Shown piece by piece: positions 60,585-64,000 of a stretch of DNA of 64,000 nucleotides (its first letter is position 1; the number at the start of each line of letters is the position of its first letter). This DNA comes from the human T2T-CHM13v2.0 reference genome, Homo sapiens. The stretch lies in NCBI RefSeq assembly GCF_009914755.1, contig NC_060928.1. The stretch is one strand, 5' to 3'. The notes beneath the pieces were generated by a model that was given only the letters and a program-made list of their open reading frames with translations, was not told where the DNA came from and searched no databases. The translations under genes were made by a program, and so were the position numbers.

Positions 60585-62279
60585 GTCTTCATGGTTTTCT
60601 TATCTGTTTTTCAAATGTGTTGCATTATTTTTCCTAGTCTGCTGGTTCTCATTTTTTTTTTGTTGTTTTCGTCCTGCAAAAATTCTAATTGGTATGTTCT
60701 TGCCTGCAAGAGTGATTTTGAAAATGTAAACAAGTATAGTGCAAACACAAATCCGTCAAAATGGGTGCTGTCTGTGCACTGTACTAGGATCTGTCTGCCC
60801 ATCTTTCCTTTTATGAATTATTTTATTATTCTTAAAAACAGAAAGTCTTTCTCCCTTCAAAAAAGAGAATTAAATTGAATATTCTTTTAATTTTTGTTTA
60901 TATACATTATATTTTTAATTAATCAGGATATCTTTTAGTATGTGGAATAAGGTAATTATTTAAATATATTGTGTTCCAAATTGTTAGCTGATTGATCCAA
61001 CCTCATTTATTAAATAACTCGAGCTTTTCTGGGAATTGACTTGTGATGAATTCCTTATCATATATTAGAATATGATAGATAATAGGATCATTTTCTGGGC
61101 TGTTGTCCCTGGTGCTATTTTTGCACATATGTCACATTATTTAAATCTTTATAGCTTTATAAAATGCAGTGTACTTCCCCTTTAACATTTTCTTCAATAT
61201 TCGGTTTCTTTTTATAGGTGAATCTTAGAATCATTTTGTCAAAGTCAGGTTGGGATTTTTGTTAAGATTGTAGCAAGCCACACATTAATTTAAGAAGAAT
61301 TTATACTTTAGCAATATCCAGCCTCACCATATGGTATCTCTCTCTCCTTCTATGCAAGACTTCTTTTATATCTTTTCGTAAAGTCTTTCAGCTTTCTATG
61401 TAGGTCACGCAGTTTTCATTAGAATTGTCTCATGATATATTATCATTTTTGTTGTTGCTGGAAATAGGAATTTTTAAATTATTTTATACATTATTTTTGG
61501 TACTCTTTATTTGTTTATCTTGCATTCAAATTGCTAAGTTACATTAAATTTTGATACTTTATACCACATGCCTTTGGAGCTTTTAGACTGATAAGTACAT
61601 GATCTATAAGGAATAATATTTTCTATTTAAAATATTTTTTGGTCAGAATTTCTCAAACAGTGTAAAATATGATGATAAAAAGAATTTGCTTTTTTGGCTC
61701 TTGATTTTGATATGAAGTGACTGCCAACTATCAGTGTGAAATACATTTTCTTTTTCTGGTAAGTAGCTCCTCTTATATTCCTACTTGAATTTTAAAAACA
61801 GACTGGTCATAAATTTTATAAAGTGCCTTTGCACCATTTTGATATAATTTTTGTTGGCTTTGACCTATTGCCGTGATATGTGATAATAATAGCTTTTTAT
61901 TTGCAAACCATTATTAAAATCCTACATTATATCCTGTATGACCCTGGTCCTGGCAGACTTAAAAAATATATAGTTGAATTACACTTAATATTTCACTTTA
62001 TTAATTATTAACAATGGGTTTTAAAATCATTAATTGCTAATAAAACAGCAACGATAATTTGTTTTTGTCACATAGACCTTACCTCATAAAAAGAAAAGAA
62101 TTTTACAACCTAGAGACTTGGTCTAGTACCAGAACCTGGGGCTACTCCAAGATAAAGATATTGTTCATTTACTTATTCATCCATATGGGCATTGTTTGTC
62201 TTTCCACTGTAAATTCTCAAACATTTTCTGAGCAGCCCCTGTGCTGGGAAGAGGTAGAATTTCCAAGGTCAGTCCCTGC

Positions 62280-62495
62280 GGTCAAGAAGACTTAAGTTTA
62301 TATCCTGACTCTTGTTATTTATTTACTGGCTATGTGAACTTGGGCAAGTTTTCTAACTCTGAAGTCTCAAATTTCCTCACTGGCAAAATAGGCATAGTAT
62401 ATAGCACCTGCTTGATAGTTTATATACAAATAGTGTCTATCAAGCTCTTAACGGCGTCTGCATGCCGATACTCAATCCATGTTATGATGTTATTA
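62280..62495 (+). mobile_element. MIR
   Basis: 'ggctatgtgaacttgggcaagttttctaactctgaagtctcaaatttcctcac'. Confidence 0.75.
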
Positions 62496-64000
62496 CTACG
62501 TCCCGGGATATAAAGATGGATAGGTCTGTGCCCTGTGCTGGACAGCAGGGGTTATATAGTAACTGCATATCATCTGGTCCTTCTCAAGCGTCCACTAAAG
62601 GTTTGAGGGTTTTCCCGACTTGTATATTATTCAGGGTCCCTGGGATTCTAGCCCATTTCCCTTCATCGTTCTGAAATCCACACATACACTCCTCATCATC
62701 CAATCTTCATTTCTACCCCTATATAAGGGATAAGAACTGCTGGATAAGAACTAGAACAGTTCAACAATTACAGGAGAAACATAAGCCACATAACCAAGTC
62801 ACCTGTGCCATAATAACTGATGAATTCTTGGTGGGGTAAGACGAGTTGAATATAGTAACGGCGGGTTTCTGTTAAAGCTAGCATCAGTCCATAACCTTGA
62901 GAACTCGGACTTCCAAGGGTGGCCTCTCTTTGCTTTGTCAGCATGAATCAGTAGCCTCAGCTGCAGAAAAGATTCAGAACATGCAGATGGCTTCACTACC
63001 CCAGTGCTGTCCTGATCTCTCCTGACACAAGCTAAGTGTCAGAGGTCTTGGCCTTGATTGCCTTTTAACAACTGGCCTCTGGATTGAACATGCTTCATCT
63101 GTATCATCAAGGTTGGCCGCCTGTTACTTTCCTGGTGATTGTGATGATTTATTTTATTTTGCAAAAATGATTTATTTTCTTGGTCTCCCCTCCTTTGAAG
63201 AAACTTAGCTAACTTGTCTTGTCTCTTTGCCCTCTGCCCCGGACTCTACAGTAAGTCTCATTTCAGAACACTGCCCCTCCTTCCCATGGGTAATGGGGTT
63301 TCTGCAAAGGAAGCCTCTTTGAACCTTTTGGGCTGCTGAATCGTGTCAGCCTGGAGACAAGAAGTTTGTTATGCTCATTGTGTCAGCTGCAGACATAATT
63401 CATGAAACCATCCCAGACACAGGATGTCACCAAGTGATGCTTCAATTTTACAGTCTCCCAGAGCTCCTGTTGGCAAACAGTGTTGGATGAAAGCTGGGAG
63501 GTTTTCAAAGGCCATGGGCCTCCTTTTCCTGCCCCTTGGTTCCCCTTTACTTTGCCTCCTCCATCTTTGCCTTTCTGTATGGGTCATGCTGTGTGCCCCT
63601 AAGATTTTTAAAGCCAATTAGCAGGTTAGAGACTGTCGAGGCATATTGACCTGTGAGATCACAGTATTTACTGTCACCGTAATTTCTCATAATATTGAAG
63701 CTTATACTGGCCCTCTCCATGGCTTTGTTCAAAGCCTGGTGGGGAGAAGGCTGTTTAGATACTGTAATCAGAATTCTTGAGCTGAACCGTTTTTTAATTA
63801 CAGCTTTGATAGGGAGCTGTGCAGTTTGGGAAAGGAGTCCAGCTGGGAGTTAGCATCTCTTTGATCACAAGGCTGAACGATTCACTTTGATCACGGAGAC
63901 AACAGTTCATAAAAGAGCCTGGTCTCTTTCTGAAATTTGCAGGTAAACAGAGGGATCACTTGAATGATCCCTCTGTGGAATGAGCAATTCAGATCCAAGA

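Larger units (their letters stand above)
59000..62050 (-). mobile_element. Highly diverged L1ME-like element hosting younger insertions
   Basis: T-rich, patchy similarity to antisense L1 ORF2/3'UTR. Confidence 0.55.

Noticed and set aside
63170-63260. Possible small exon (pyrimidine tract, AG, then GTAAGT donor at 63251)
   Set aside because: Weak acceptor, no recognisable protein, and such motifs are frequent by chance.

Overview
Hominid (human/great ape) nuclear DNA, judged from a full-length SVA and L1PA2/L1PA3 elements. It is repeat-dense intergenic or deep-intronic sequence. I find no supportable host protein-coding exon, RNA gene or CRISPR array; the long ORFs in the track come from L1, SVA or Alu, or are chance. 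Main content: an SVA (6.5-8.2 kb, minus), a full-length but dead L1PA3 that keeps the ZNF93-target segment (16.2-22.4 kb), a 5'-truncated L1PA2, older L1/HAL1/L2/MIR pieces, eight Alus and many solo LTRs. The most unusual signal is not a named element. At three loci (about 11.0, 22.8 and above all 55.2-55.8 kb) short copies of nearby sequence, direct or inverted, sit inside irregular (TA)n/(CA)n filler. This looks like a recurrent templated-insertion repair signature. Also present: an L1 3' transduction with a 5' inversion, two LTRs sharing one target site, and a head-to-head Alu pair whose spacer is only their two TSDs. Subfamily names are by-eye recognition and should be confirmed with RepeatMasker/Dfam; boundaries of old repeats are approximate.
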